From Psychromonas sp. (lineage in GTDB: Bacteria; Pseudomonadota; Gammaproteobacteria; Enterobacterales; Psychromonadaceae), in NCBI GenBank assembly GCA_041586895.1, contig JBFGZH010000001.1, positions 1 to 38,818 on the forward strand: a stretch of DNA of 38,818 nucleotides. The letters run 5' to 3'. Every line of letters begins with the position of its first letter. Position 1 is the stretch's first letter. The position numbers were made by a program, and so were the translations under genes. This document shows, in pieces, positions 17,754 through 27,764 of the stretch. The notes under the pieces are model-generated. The model searched no databases and was not told the origin of the DNA. It was given only the letters and a program-made list of their open reading frames with translations.

Positions 17754-17836
17754 ACCTCGCTAAAACATCCAAAAAATGAAGTGCGGTGGCGGTGGATGAA
17801 GTCGCCAGCTTGCCAGCCTTTACCGCATAAAGTTTA

Positions 17837-18292
17837 CTATGCGCTCACTCGAACAGGCTCATAGTTCAAGTCGATTGTCGCGTCCATCATAATATTATCA
17901 CCAGCAGATCCTGGAGTTTCTGTGTAAGATGATACGATGCCGGCGGTATAACGGACTGCACCGTTAGGGTAAGTGATCTCAAAAGATAAATCATTGCCCT
18001 TGTCAGCACCATTTAAACCGCTAAGCAGCAAGGCGTGGCCTGCATCACCATCAATATACAAATTGTTAAGAGTCAATTGACCCCAGTCAATCGGACCCTG
18101 AGATTTGCAGATATAGCCGGTATCAAGCGGTGTGCTAGTTGTAGCAGATGAAGTACCACCAAAAGCTGGAATTGTAAGAGTACCACCTACAAGCGTATAA
18201 GTTAACGCACTGTAGCCGGTTTGGTCTTGAGTTGCTGGCGCAGCAGTGGAAACACCGATAGTTACGCCAATTGAAGCAGTTGCACAAGTCAT
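17837..18292 (-). CDS. Major tail tube protein
   Basis: APATQDQTGYSALTY, DAGHALL, FEITYPNG motifs; gene position. Confidence 0.85.
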   Translation of the reverse strand: MTCATASIGVTIGVSTAAPATQDQTGYSALTYTLVGGTLTIPAFGGTSSATTSTPLDTGYICKSQGPIDWGQLTLNNLYIDGDAGHALLLSGLNGADKGNDLSFEITYPNGAVRYTAGIVSSYTETPGSAGDNIMMDATIDLNYEPVRVSA

Positions 18293-18342
18293 TTTGTATT
18301 ACCTCTAATTAATTAATTTGCTTGTTTATTATACGCTATAAG

Positions 18343-18759
18343 CTAGCAGCTAGCCATCACCGTCAAATCAATCTGCACTGATGTGACGTTGTGTGTGTCG
18401 GTAGCTGGTAGCATTTGCGCTGTTATATTATACACGATAGCGCTCTGACCACCGTATGATATATAAGAGCCTCGCTGAAACTCTGTTTTTATATCATTAC
18501 TTATCGCCAAGCCCGCAAACTTACCTGATGATTTAGGTGTTAAAATGTTAATTTGATATATTGAATCTTGACGTTCTGCGACATCAGCTGCAATTCCGAG
18601 AGGCTCTGTCGTGTTGCTCAGAAAATACTCTTTGAGATAAATCTCATCAGGTAGCGGATCGAACGGAGCACCTTGAATAGCAAGCCTGTAGCCTGCTAAA
18701 TCTGCAAAAGCCTGAGTCTTGTCGAGAAGGTCTTTCGCTGTTGTAAAATCATTAATCAT
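18343..18759 (-). CDS. Tail terminator protein
   Basis: IYQINILTPKSSGK motif; position before the tube gene. Confidence 0.75.
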   Translation of the reverse strand: MINDFTTAKDLLDKTQAFADLAGYRLAIQGAPFDPLPDEIYLKEYFLSNTTEPLGIAADVAERQDSIYQINILTPKSSGKFAGLAISNDIKTEFQRGSYISYGGQSAIVYNITAQMLPATDTHNVTSVQIDLTVMASC

Positions 18760-19142
18760 TTGATGGCCCTAATGTTAGCTTGAACTATTTTACCCCATTG
18801 CCTAGCTGTTAACCTGACCACACCCGATGGAGCCTGATCTGAATGCCCGTATTCCAAGGCTGATGCGTATGGCATGTTGTTGGTATAGTAAAACACATCT
18901 CCAACCCTAAGCCCGCCAAGCATAATAGATAGCTCGCCAACCGCGTCGCGCTGCGAATTATCAGAGACAAAATCAGAAGGTGAGCCAATAGCACCAAACC
19001 AAGACGATCTAAATCTACCTGTGTCTACAGGGCTTTTAAGCGCCATTTCGTTGCCAAGCTGAACAAAAGAGCCTTTTACGACTCGCTCTTGCTTTTCAAG
19101 TGTCAGCTTTTTAAATCGTTTTAAATCGTTAACTAGGCTCAT
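18756..19142 (-). CDS. HK97 gp10-like tail completion/neck protein
   Basis: SPVDTGRFRSSW...NNMPYASALEYGHSDQAPSG. Confidence 0.9.
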   Translation of the reverse strand: MSLVNDLKRFKKLTLEKQERVVKGSFVQLGNEMALKSPVDTGRFRSSWFGAIGSPSDFVSDNSQRDAVGELSIMLGGLRVGDVFYYTNNMPYASALEYGHSDQAPSGVVRLTARQWGKIVQANIRAIK

Positions 19143-19510
19143 TACTTCCTCAGTTGTAATTTTCTATAAACATTAACACCAGCAACGCTAGTTAACTCTC
19201 TGATAGAAACAACACGAAACAAAGAGCTATTTATTGTAACCCTAGCACCAACAGAAGGAGCGGTATCACTATGAAAGTACACGTAACTATCAGAGTGGAG
19301 TATGCTCTCCCCGTCAATTTCTGATTTTCTGTAGCTCAGCAATGGCGTTATAATGCCGTTTATTACAGTGTCAGCAGTGGGCGCAATTACATTCCCTGAT
19401 GTGTCGTACCCGCTGGCATTGCCCGGGATAACCACACTAGCGGATTGTCCGAATTTTAATATCAGTCTTTCTGCTGTGTCTCTCGCTCGCGTATAGTCAA
19501 AACCACTCAT
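19142..19510 (-). CDS. Head closure / head-tail joining protein
   Basis: AERLILKFG...IDG...LQLRK; position in the neck cluster. Confidence 0.75.
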   Translation of the reverse strand: MSGFDYTRARDTAERLILKFGQSASVVIPGNASGYDTSGNVIAPTADTVINGIITPLLSYRKSEIDGESILHSDSYVYFHSDTAPSVGARVTINSSLFRVVSIRELTSVAGVNVYRKLQLRK

Positions 19511-20025
19511 TAGCAAACGTCCTCATGTTCCCTATATGACCGCTGCCCTGCAATAGCTGCTTTATAGTAAGGATAAAGAGAGTTATACACGCCCTGCACT
19601 CTGGTGTTTACTTTTACCTTCTCGCCATCTTGATATGTTTCGCTTAAATCGCCAATCCTGCACGATTTAATGTTCCGCCCGTCATAAGTAGCGTTAGTTT
19701 CCAATCCATTAGCAACTGCTGCCGCTGCGTATAGCTGAGCCAGCTTAACACCTTGCGGTATTACTTCACTACCAACTAAAAAATCATTAGCATAAACCTC
19801 TAAACGAGGGAAAGCGCCCGTCTGCACTGAATGAGTGCGCCAACCTTGCAGCAATCGCTCGTGGTTGTTGATAAGCAAATAAGCACGTCGCAATGCTTTT
19901 TCAGCATCAGCTACAACAGCAGGCAGAGTAATGTCATAATCCGCTGCTAGTGTTTGCGCGTCCGCTTCTGTGATGTATGAATCAGCCAAAGCTACGCCGG
20001 TTCCGTCTTCAATTGTTAGAGCCAC
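19510..20025 (-). CDS. Head-tail connector/adaptor
   Basis: ALTIEDGTGVALADSYIT...QTGAFPR...IPQGVKLAQ. Confidence 0.8.
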   Translation of the reverse strand: MALTIEDGTGVALADSYITEADAQTLAADYDITLPAVVADAEKALRRAYLLINNHERLLQGWRTHSVQTGAFPRLEVYANDFLVGSEVIPQGVKLAQLYAAAAVANGLETNATYDGRNIKSCRIGDLSETYQDGEKVKVNTRVQGVYNSLYPYYKAAIAGQRSYREHEDVC

Positions 20026-20034
20026 AAACCCCCC

Positions 20035-20592
20035 TTAGTTAGTGTGATAAGCAGAAATGATGTAATCATCAACTAAAACTGTCGTGTTATTTGCATCAGA
20101 TTTAGCAAGCACCCTAGCACCACCAGTTAATATGCCAGACGTACGCATAAAAAAGTTAATCGTCCGACTGATTTGGTATGTACCTGCCGATTTGAAGTTT
20201 GCAGGCTCCATAATGGTAATATAATCACCAGACCCCTGTGCACCAAGCTCTATAACAATCGACACCTCAGTATTAACGCTCGGTGTTGTTATAGAGGCCT
20301 CAACCACAATATGGACGGAATCACCCAACGCAAGCACGCCGCTATTATCAAATACAAACCTGTTTGTCACTGAGTTATAAATATCAGTTAGACCCGGTAC
20401 GCCGTAAGTGTTGATTGTTGATGAGCCTGCGCTGTCGTTTGTTAGCTCGTAAAAAGTGCCTGCTGCCACTAGTGTGTCCGCTGCACCTGCGTGACCATAC
20501 TCATAAGAGCCTTGGGATACAGTTCCGGCAGGCAGTGTACCTGTTGCATCGAGTATCTCTTGAAGCAGTTCGTTTCTTGTTTTGTTAGCCAT
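20035..20592 (-). CDS. Putative virion (head decoration) protein, 185 aa
   Basis: N-terminal KTRNELLQEIL motif, beta-rich body, between capsid and connector genes. Confidence 0.6.
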   Translation of the reverse strand: MANKTRNELLQEILDATGTLPAGTVSQGSYEYGHAGAADTLVAAGTFYELTNDSAGSSTINTYGVPGLTDIYNSVTNRFVFDNSGVLALGDSVHIVVEASITTPSVNTEVSIVIELGAQGSGDYITIMEPANFKSAGTYQISRTINFFMRTSGILTGGARVLAKSDANNTTVLVDDYIISAYHTN

Positions 20593-20600
20593 TATTCCGC

Positions 20601-21290
20601 CTATGATTTAAGTGATGCAGGCACGGCCATTTCAAGCCCTAGATTTGCATCGTAAATAAATAAATTCCCATTTAGAGATGCCGCTACCCAGACTGATATT
20701 TTGTCGCCAGCCTCAAGTGATGCGATAAACCCACCCCCTGAGATATTTGTCTGCTGGTCCTGCGCAGCCATGCGCTCGCCTGTTGGCCTCTGACTGAATG
20801 ACACTAACCCCGTGGCCGCCTTTTCTATACCGAATACAAACCCCAACACGTTGTTGTTTGTGCTGATAGCTGCGTCAATCCATGCGTGAGGAGTCCTATA
20901 GTCACCTGCTCCACCTGATCCAATGATGATTTCACCGGCTGTTATTGACAACTCGCCAGCGGCGGATATTTGACTCAATCCGGCAAGCTTAACGTATCCG
21001 TTATAATTGCCACCTGTAGGCGGCTGTGGTGTTACTGGTGGGGGTAAGCTTTCATCGCCGGTTCCGACAAGAGCAATAGGCCCAATGATGCCATCAGCAG
21101 CAACTGTATTACCTAACTGCGCCCGTGTGTTGAGCATTTTTAGCAAGTCAGCATTCTGGTTTACAACTGGGTTAATTGGATCTGTGTTATCCACTAAGTC
21201 GCCAGTAACAGTAAGCACAGCACCACCACCTGCACCGGCAGTCTCAGATAATATCAACTCAAGCAGTTCATTGCGCGTTTTAGTGCTCAT
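20601..21290 (-). CDS. Putative virion (head fibre) protein
   Basis: N-terminal KTRNELLELIL; VDNTDPINPVV fibre motif; C-terminal LEAGDKISVWV resembles C1q/TNF-like folds. Confidence 0.6.
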   Translation of the reverse strand: MSTKTRNELLELILSETAGAGGGAVLTVTGDLVDNTDPINPVVNQNADLLKMLNTRAQLGNTVAADGIIGPIALVGTGDESLPPPVTPQPPTGGNYNGYVKLAGLSQISAAGELSITAGEIIIGSGGAGDYRTPHAWIDAAISTNNNVLGFVFGIEKAATGLVSFSQRPTGERMAAQDQQTNISGGGFIASLEAGDKISVWVAASLNGNLFIYDANLGLEMAVPASLKS

Positions 21291-21549
21291 CTTCTTCACC
21301 TATAGACTCAAGAATCCACCTGAATTTATTAAACAGGGTGCGAGTAGAGCGCATTTCCCACAAGAAAGCATTTTTACAATGCCCCTCCTGCCAGAAGAAA
21401 AGCGCATCCACGATATCCATGCAGAGAGGCTTGCCATCACGCACAGCTCTTACATAAGAGTAACCCGACAATGTAAAGTCGTTTTGCCCTGTAATGATTA
21501 GGCAGGTTGATTGATTGAGGGCGAGGAATACGCGTTTAATTATGTTCAC
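21280..21549 (-). CDS. Conserved-looking small phage protein, 89 aa
   Basis: LALNQ...TLS...IVDALFFWQEGHC pattern; coupled to neighbours. Confidence 0.65.
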   Translation of the reverse strand: MNIIKRVFLALNQSTCLIITGQNDFTLSGYSYVRAVRDGKPLCMDIVDALFFWQEGHCKNAFLWEMRSTRTLFNKFRWILESIGEEDEH

Positions 21550-21947
21550 TATAAAGCCTCCTGCTCAATCTCAGTTAGCCCGATGGACGAAAACATTTCA
21601 AGCGGAGTCATATCAATACCTAAAACTATTCTGCTAGGCTCTGCTGTCACACCCTCGCTGTACTGAACAATGCTATCCAACGCTGCTTGAGCTAATGTAA
21701 TATCAGCACCTTCTGCGTGACTGGGTAATGGGTCAGGTAATCCAGCAGACAATGCGCCCAGTACAATAGGTTTACTCACCGTTGAGCAGACAGCGTATTT
21801 ATTGCCGTCTGCATCCTCGTGGCTTGCCTGTGTAAATGTATTCACGTCTGCTGCTGACTCACCCATTGCGAGTGCAAGCTGATTCGCTTGTGGTATTAAT
21901 AGCTCTGGCACTGCAAGCGTTAGTCGGTGTGTATATTGACTGGTCAT
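21549..21947 (-). CDS. Hypothetical protein, 132 aa (fibre partner)
   Basis: ATGA overlap with the upstream fibre gene; SD AGGAG. Confidence 0.7.
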   Translation of the reverse strand: MTSQYTHRLTLAVPELLIPQANQLALAMGESAADVNTFTQASHEDADGNKYAVCSTVSKPIVLGALSAGLPDPLPSHAEGADITLAQAALDSIVQYSEGVTAEPSRIVLGIDMTPLEMFSSIGLTEIEQEAL

Positions 21948-23344
21948 AGCGTGACTCCTGATTTAAGAGCTATGTATTCCATAAGAGTAGAGTGTTCCTC
22001 GTTAGTTAATGCCCTGTTAATTATTACTAAACCATACATGTCTGCATGAGCGTCATAACTTCCATTTCCGGCTTCAAATATCCTGACTAGCCCCATATTT
22101 GATAATCCCGCATCTCCTACCGCACTTGTATTATTATCGTAACCTATTGATGAGTTAACACCTGATAGCAATGCTTTAATAACAGCAGGTTGTCTAATGG
22201 GTAGGTTTTCATTTGCCGAAAAGAAAGCTGTTGTTCCCATTCGGATGTTAGAATCAGGAGTGCCATTTAGATACAAAGAACCTGTGTTAGAATCGGTACC
22301 ATCTATTAAAAAGTGATTGTGATCATTGTTTACAACACCCATAAATATTTGAGTAGGTTGTGACAACCCAAAGTTAGAAGTTATCATACTATCGTCAATA
22401 CCATCAGCCGCCAGCCAATGTAAATCAGTCGGACTTCCTGTACCAACACCGCCTAAATGTCCATCATTACGTTGATAAGCGGTGGCGGTTGAGCCAGCTT
22501 CTACTTGGCAACCCCAGATATAAAATCCAGAAATACCATCTCCAAGATACGTTGGATTTTGACTGACTGTACCGTCAGACATTTTGATATGGAATGGGGT
22601 AGTGTATACTGTATTTACTGGCGTAGCCGTTAGACTACAGCGATACCAACCATCCCCAACATCTTCTATTGAACCAGTAAAAGTACCACCACTCGCTACC
22701 ACAGTGCCCGCAGTCAGATCGAAAATTACATAACCCCAAACATTGCCAAAATTAGCAAAGTTTGCATTTGTAAGTGTAAAGACATTACGCTCGGCTGCTT
22801 TAGCATAAAGGGATATCGTCAGTGGTTCATTGGCAATATGTTGCGCATTTGGAACATATAATACATGGGAATTATCTGAGGTATCCTCAATCAGTTTATC
22901 AGCAGTCATAGAGTTATCGGGAGCAGCTATCACATCCGAAGAAATAGATTTTCTAGTTCCTGTCCAAGGACTTAAATGTTGCGAATTTAGTATTTTATTT
23001 ACAGTACCTCTACTATCCCCAACCTGATACAAAGGTCTTGATGCGCTCACTGATTGCGTTGCGTGATTACCATTACCTGACTTATCACCCATATAGCCAA
23101 CAGGGTCGCCATCTGCTGTCACAGGAATAGTCCCTGCTGCATCTTGAAACAACGTACTTAAATCACTCGGGTCATACCAAGCACCCTGCTCACCTTGTGC
23201 GAATAAATCAAGCGGTGAGAATGATGGCGGGATTGCCAGCGAATCAAGCCAATCTTGCAGTAGTGAGTTTCGAGTTACTGGATCTGTAACAGTGCCACCT
23301 ACGGCTGCAACTATACCTTTTAATAGATTATTTCTAATACTCAT
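21944..23344 (-). CDS. Putative head fibre with lectin-like domains, 466 aa
   Basis: SPLDLFAQGEQGAWYDPSDLSTLFQDAAGT...DKSGNGNHATQ; inserted beta domain; C-terminal IINRALT. Confidence 0.7.
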   Translation of the reverse strand: MSIRNNLLKGIVAAVGGTVTDPVTRNSLLQDWLDSLAIPPSFSPLDLFAQGEQGAWYDPSDLSTLFQDAAGTIPVTADGDPVGYMGDKSGNGNHATQSVSASRPLYQVGDSRGTVNKILNSQHLSPWTGTRKSISSDVIAAPDNSMTADKLIEDTSDNSHVLYVPNAQHIANEPLTISLYAKAAERNVFTLTNANFANFGNVWGYVIFDLTAGTVVASGGTFTGSIEDVGDGWYRCSLTATPVNTVYTTPFHIKMSDGTVSQNPTYLGDGISGFYIWGCQVEAGSTATAYQRNDGHLGGVGTGSPTDLHWLAADGIDDSMITSNFGLSQPTQIFMGVVNNDHNHFLIDGTDSNTGSLYLNGTPDSNIRMGTTAFFSANENLPIRQPAVIKALLSGVNSSIGYDNNTSAVGDAGLSNMGLVRIFEAGNGSYDAHADMYGLVIINRALTNEEHSTLMEYIALKSGVTL

Positions 23345-23354
23345 TAGAACCTCT

Positions 23355-23375
23355 AAAAAAAGGGCCGAAGCCCTT
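23355..23375 (-). terminator. Terminator after the capsid genes
   Basis: Minus strand AAGGGC-TTCG-GCCCTT followed by TTTTT. Confidence 0.9.
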
Positions 23376-23379
23376 AATA

Positions 23380-23535
23380 TTATTCAGCTTTCTTTTTTCG
23401 CCGAGGCTTTGGGAAGACTATATCACCTTCGCCCATCACATTAGGCTTAAAGCGAAGGTCGATAATTTTATAACCATCTTTGCGCAGCTTCAGCTTGTCC
23501 GCTTGTGACAGCGGGTGCTTGGCATATGCAATCAT
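23380..23535 (-). CDS. Small basic protein downstream of capsid, 51 aa (not in ORF track)
   Basis: MIAYAKHPLSQADKLKLRKDGYKIIDLRFKP...; fits exactly between the capsid stop and the terminator. Confidence 0.75.
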   Translation of the reverse strand: MIAYAKHPLSQADKLKLRKDGYKIIDLRFKPNVMGEGDIVFPKPRRKKKAE

Positions 23536-23537
23536 AA

Positions 23538-24506
23538 TTATAAGTCCGCATCCGCAATTGTAAGTGTACCTAGCGAGTGTTTGTTATCAGATACAGCAAT
23601 ATCCCAGTTTGTGCCGGTAAATAGTGCGGTGTCATCAGGTGAAGCACCACCATTTGCAACATCCCAAGCGTAACCCTTCAGTTTTAGACCGAAAGAGTAA
23701 TCAGCCTGCCAAGTGGTTTCGATGCGAGTTTGGCCGTTTGTGGTTTCCATGTTAGTGATAATATCGCTCGCGTTATCCACGATGATACCACCAGCAACAA
23801 TAGACAGCACTTTGGTCTTGTTCGGAACACCTGCGACGTAAAGCTCAGGAATATCAGAAACAACTAGGATCTTGCCTAGCAGCGAAACAACAGTTACATT
23901 TGAAGAAATAAACAGTTGCTCACCGTTAGCCAGCGCCTTATCAATCAGTGCTTCATTACCGCTTGAGTGCATGATGTCACAAACCAACATGCCATTCATG
24001 TCACCAAACTTAAAGTGACCAGCATTCAGCGCTTGCTGAGATAGACCTGCGCTTGCAGATACATCATTAACCAGTGCGGCAACGTTTTCTACAGCAGCAA
24101 CAGCCGCACCGACGGCAGTGTTTAATTGGTCAGCTAGCAGAGCATCTGCAAAACCTTCTGAAATCGCCATGATAGCAGACTCAGGGTTTTCCATTAACCA
24201 TGACATTTGACCTGGCTCGAACGTAACTGGGCCGAAGCCACCAGCAACTTTAACGCCTACGAACTCGCCTTGAGCTAGGTCAGTAGATGATGCAGCACCG
24301 ATAGCAGCATTGCGATCAACACGACGTTGAGCGCCTGACAGTGTTTGGAAGAAAGCTTCCTTGGTGTAGTTACCACGCCACGCGTTAGTAGATAGTACAA
24401 TTGCACCACCACTTGCAGCGTTAAACGCTTCTAACTTTTGACCGAGAAGCTCAACCGTAGTTGTATAGATCTCATTGTCATAAACTTGCATATTTGCTAA
24501 AGCCAT
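23538..24506 (-). CDS. Major capsid protein
   Basis: 322 aa after the scaffold; FNAASGGAI.L, LKGYAWD..NGG.SP; strong SD. Confidence 0.9.
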   Translation of the reverse strand: MALANMQVYDNEIYTTTVELLGQKLEAFNAASGGAIVLSTNAWRGNYTKEAFFQTLSGAQRRVDRNAAIGAASSTDLAQGEFVGVKVAGGFGPVTFEPGQMSWLMENPESAIMAISEGFADALLADQLNTAVGAAVAAVENVAALVNDVSASAGLSQQALNAGHFKFGDMNGMLVCDIMHSSGNEALIDKALANGEQLFISSNVTVVSLLGKILVVSDIPELYVAGVPNKTKVLSIVAGGIIVDNASDIITNMETTNGQTRIETTWQADYSFGLKLKGYAWDVANGGASPDDTALFTGTNWDIAVSDNKHSLGTLTIADADL

Positions 24507-24519
24507 TTTGTATTACCTC

Positions 24520-25155
24520 TTATTGTGTCAAGCCTTGCGCTTTTAATCGCTCGGCTAATTTAGATTGAACCGTGTTCTGTGTAGCGGGTGCTCCGCCATT
24601 AGTTGATTGCTTAGACCCGGCTCCGCTCAAGCTTTTGGCTTTTAAAACGCTTTTCCACGTTTCTGACTCACTGACTCCGTCTAGAAAGTCTTTTGGTGAT
24701 GTATACTCTGCATCGCCGTCTTTAATCCTGGTAATGGCTTTGCCGCTACCGTCGTACTCGATAAGTACGTTATTATTTAGTTGAGTTTCAACAAAAGGCT
24801 TATATCTATCATCAACATTAGAAAGAATTGAGCTAATTACCGCACTTTTATCTCGCTCTGTTAATGCGTTTCGAGCTGTTTCCGCTGCGTTATTAGCCTC
24901 TGCAATCTTGCTTGCCAACTGCTCTTCATAGTGAGCTTTTAACCCGTCCATGTCACCAGTTAGCTTTAATCGTTCTTCTTCTGCTTTAACTGCTTGCGCC
25001 CTCGCTAACTCTGCTGCTTCCGATGCTTCTAGCGCCTTCTGCTGCATTGTTTTCTTCTCGCCAAGTAGCTCGTCGTTCTTTGCCTTCAGTCCTGCCGCGT
25101 AATCTTCAACGCCTTTTAATTGCTCTTCTGATAAGCCTAGTTCTGATAAATCCAT
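24520..25155 (-). CDS. Capsid scaffolding protein
   Basis: GLKAKNDELLGEKK coiled coil; SGAG near the C-terminus; position. Confidence 0.85.
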   Translation of the reverse strand: MDLSELGLSEEQLKGVEDYAAGLKAKNDELLGEKKTMQQKALEASEAAELARAQAVKAEEERLKLTGDMDGLKAHYEEQLASKIAEANNAAETARNALTERDKSAVISSILSNVDDRYKPFVETQLNNNVLIEYDGSGKAITRIKDGDAEYTSPKDFLDGVSESETWKSVLKAKSLSGAGSKQSTNGGAPATQNTVQSKLAERLKAQGLTQ

Positions 25156-25236
25156 TGTTAAACCTCTGGTTTGTTTGTTATGCGCTCTGCGCTTTAAGCG
25201 TATTATAACATCGTTGTCAAGTAAAAAGAAACTTTG

Positions 25237-26337
25237 TTATTTTTTATCCATTTCTTTTAGTATTCTGCCAAGCTGGTTATCTTTCTTTTTCATTTCTTCA
25301 ATTGTCAATGGTTCAAATGTTGAGTCAATTAATGATTTGGCGAACGTATCTGCATCCATTTTAGACAACGCCTTACCCAAAGTAGGCCCAAGTATTTCTA
25401 TTCTATCAGCCTGACTCATCTGCTTTAACGACTCAAAATAAGTCTTTTTGCTGCTTACTTGTTTCGGATCGCGTTCACCATCTGCGCCGGTGAAGTTTTC
25501 CGGCCTTGTACTTGCGCTGTCGTCGTATGTAAATCGGCCATCAATTTCTACTATCAGCCTAGAACGACACGCCGGATGCAGCGGAGGTGTTGGCATCGGC
25601 TCACCTTTCTTAAATACCAACTGATCATTGGCAGAACACTGACGGCTTGTGCGATTATCTAGCGTAGCTAAAAACCTATAGCCGATAATAACCCGGTCAT
25701 TGGCATCAGCAAAAGCAATAGTAGCCTGTGTTGCATAATGATTTGTGCCTGTGCGAGCCATTGTCTTTGCTGCCCTGGCCGCCTTGGACAAGTCGCCATC
25801 AGGCCTGTCTAGTGTGATAGTTTCGAGTATCCTAGCCGCAATCTCTCGATTAGTGCCGCCCTGAATAAAACCTGCTGCCACTGAATCATCAATCACTTTA
25901 GCGTACTGCTTCCAATAGCTTGACACGTATCGATTGTAAGTTGTAAATTGATTTTCACCCACCTTGATCGGCGCACCTATCGCTACACTGTTAATAATAC
26001 CCGCACTTGGAACACTTGACTCGTAACCACTTACAACACTGTCGAGAGTTTTAGCATTAAATACCACCTCATGCTGGCCTAGCTCTCTATTGTTAACCTT
26101 GTACTGATTTGCGTACGCCTGCAATTCTTCGCTCGTTATACGGCTTATTTCAGCCCGTACATCGTTTAGCTCTTGAGTGGATAGCATCTTATTCGGCATT
26201 GCATTAAGCACATCAGAAACGCGCTTCTCGATGGTTTCGAGATATGGCAGCACATCATTACCGAACTTAGCAGCCACTCTTTCCAAGTAGACAGAGTGAC
26301 TGCTATAAACCGATGTGAGCGTGTCAACGATAGCCAT
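25237..26337 (-). CDS. Minor head protein (SPP1 gp7 / Mu gpF family)
   Basis: ARTGTNH, ATLDNRTSRQC, PPLHPACRS. Confidence 0.9.
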   Translation of the reverse strand: MAIVDTLTSVYSSHSVYLERVAAKFGNDVLPYLETIEKRVSDVLNAMPNKMLSTQELNDVRAEISRITSEELQAYANQYKVNNRELGQHEVVFNAKTLDSVVSGYESSVPSAGIINSVAIGAPIKVGENQFTTYNRYVSSYWKQYAKVIDDSVAAGFIQGGTNREIAARILETITLDRPDGDLSKAARAAKTMARTGTNHYATQATIAFADANDRVIIGYRFLATLDNRTSRQCSANDQLVFKKGEPMPTPPLHPACRSRLIVEIDGRFTYDDSASTRPENFTGADGERDPKQVSSKKTYFESLKQMSQADRIEILGPTLGKALSKMDADTFAKSLIDSTFEPLTIEEMKKKDNQLGRILKEMDKK

Positions 26338-27764
26338 TACTCTACCTCACTTGCCGCCAATGCCGCTGCTTGCTCCATGGGCACGCCACCTGAGTTAAAT
26401 GCCTGCTCTCCCGCTTCTTGCTCAATCTCTTCATCTGTCATCTTAGTTAAACCTGCTTGGCGTGATGATTCATAAATGGTAGTCAATGGCAAGGCGCCCA
26501 TTTGAACTAATTGCATGTGAGCTAACAGCTTCTCAGGGGTCATTTCGTCAGTTATGAACTGTGTATTAAGCTCATAAGTAATGTCAGCGCTAACGCCGGT
26601 CATTTCAGCTTGCCAGTTCAATAGCTGAGTAACGCCCTTGGATACATTAAGCGACACTTGCTTGAGCGTTGAGATACTAGCCCCTGCTTCCATTTTCTTA
26701 GCGCCTAGCGTTTGATTGCCGGTTGTATCCTGAACCAATTGCGCACCAATCATAATCATTCGCTGTTGATCGCGCTCCATTTCAGCAGCAATGGCACCAG
26801 TTGCAGCAATCTGAACAATCTCGACGCGATCATCTTTGCCGAATTGGTTCACACCTTTTGCACCAGTGTTTAAGCCATTAGGATTAGCCTCTGCGAACTC
26901 GTCAGGGTCATCAACAAAGATATTTGTCAGTCCTTGTCCGTGTGCGTGGAGGTTATCCCGGTTGTCGCAGTCTAACAGAAAGTGGCCTAGGTTAGCCTCT
27001 GCTAAATCATACAGTGGTGGCTTGGCTGCTGCTGCACTGTTATCTTCTGCTCCGAAAAACTGGAACGGGATATAATCTAGCGCCATACCGTTAACAGTTG
27101 GTGTAATATCCGTGTACAGCTCATCTTCACGCCACACTTGATTATGATAAACACCGTCAATCAGCACTAATCGCCGGATTTGCTCTGCCTCTTCAAATTC
27201 TAGCTCTGACACTTGCTGTTCGTATGTTTCAACTAATCGCACCTCAGTTTCACGCCAGAAAATAATCTGCTCAGCCGTGTATAAAATCCATTGCGGCACA
27301 CCAATACCCTGTCTTTGCTCTGCCTGCGTTACACCATCAACAGCATCAGAATCTAGCAATACACCATAACGACCGACACTAGACACATCAGCAACAATCT
27401 TTTGCACATTGTCACGTAAATCTTCCCGTATATAATCCATTGCCGGAGGAATTGTATCCTCTGGCTCATTGGACCAAATCATACCTGTGTTGCTTGCCTG
27501 TGTTCTGGCCGTTGCGTTTAACAACTGGCCGCGCTTTAGATACGTCTTAACACGTTGCGCACGTCGGGCAACATCAGGATGCACAGTGCCGCGAATTGTA
27601 TCAGTGTAATCTGGTAAAGGTAGCTTTAACTCTACTACAGCCGCTTTACCGTCTAACACAGCTCGAATACTGAGCCAGATAGGTGACAACTTGTCATAAT
27701 CTTTATGCGTGGCATCAATGCCTGATTTGTTTTTGGGTTTGCCTCGCTCGATAACCTGGGCCAT
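26337..27764 (-). CDS. Portal protein
   Basis: 475 aa after TerL; IPFQFFGAEDN, KPPLYDLAEANLGH (DUF4055-type). Confidence 0.9.
   Translation of the reverse strand: MAQVIERGKPKNKSGIDATHKDYDKLSPIWLSIRAVLDGKAAVVELKLPLPDYTDTIRGTVHPDVARRAQRVKTYLKRGQLLNATARTQASNTGMIWSNEPEDTIPPAMDYIREDLRDNVQKIVADVSSVGRYGVLLDSDAVDGVTQAEQRQGIGVPQWILYTAEQIIFWRETEVRLVETYEQQVSELEFEEAEQIRRLVLIDGVYHNQVWREDELYTDITPTVNGMALDYIPFQFFGAEDNSAAAAKPPLYDLAEANLGHFLLDCDNRDNLHAHGQGLTNIFVDDPDEFAEANPNGLNTGAKGVNQFGKDDRVEIVQIAATGAIAAEMERDQQRMIMIGAQLVQDTTGNQTLGAKKMEAGASISTLKQVSLNVSKGVTQLLNWQAEMTGVSADITYELNTQFITDEMTPEKLLAHMQLVQMGALPLTTIYESSRQAGLTKMTDEEIEQEAGEQAFNSGGVPMEQAAALAASEVE

Noticed and set aside
25202-25220. TTGACA and TATAAT upstream of the scaffold gene as a -35/-10 pair
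   Set aside because: Spacer is only 7 nt; at most an extended -10 (TG-T-TATAAT).
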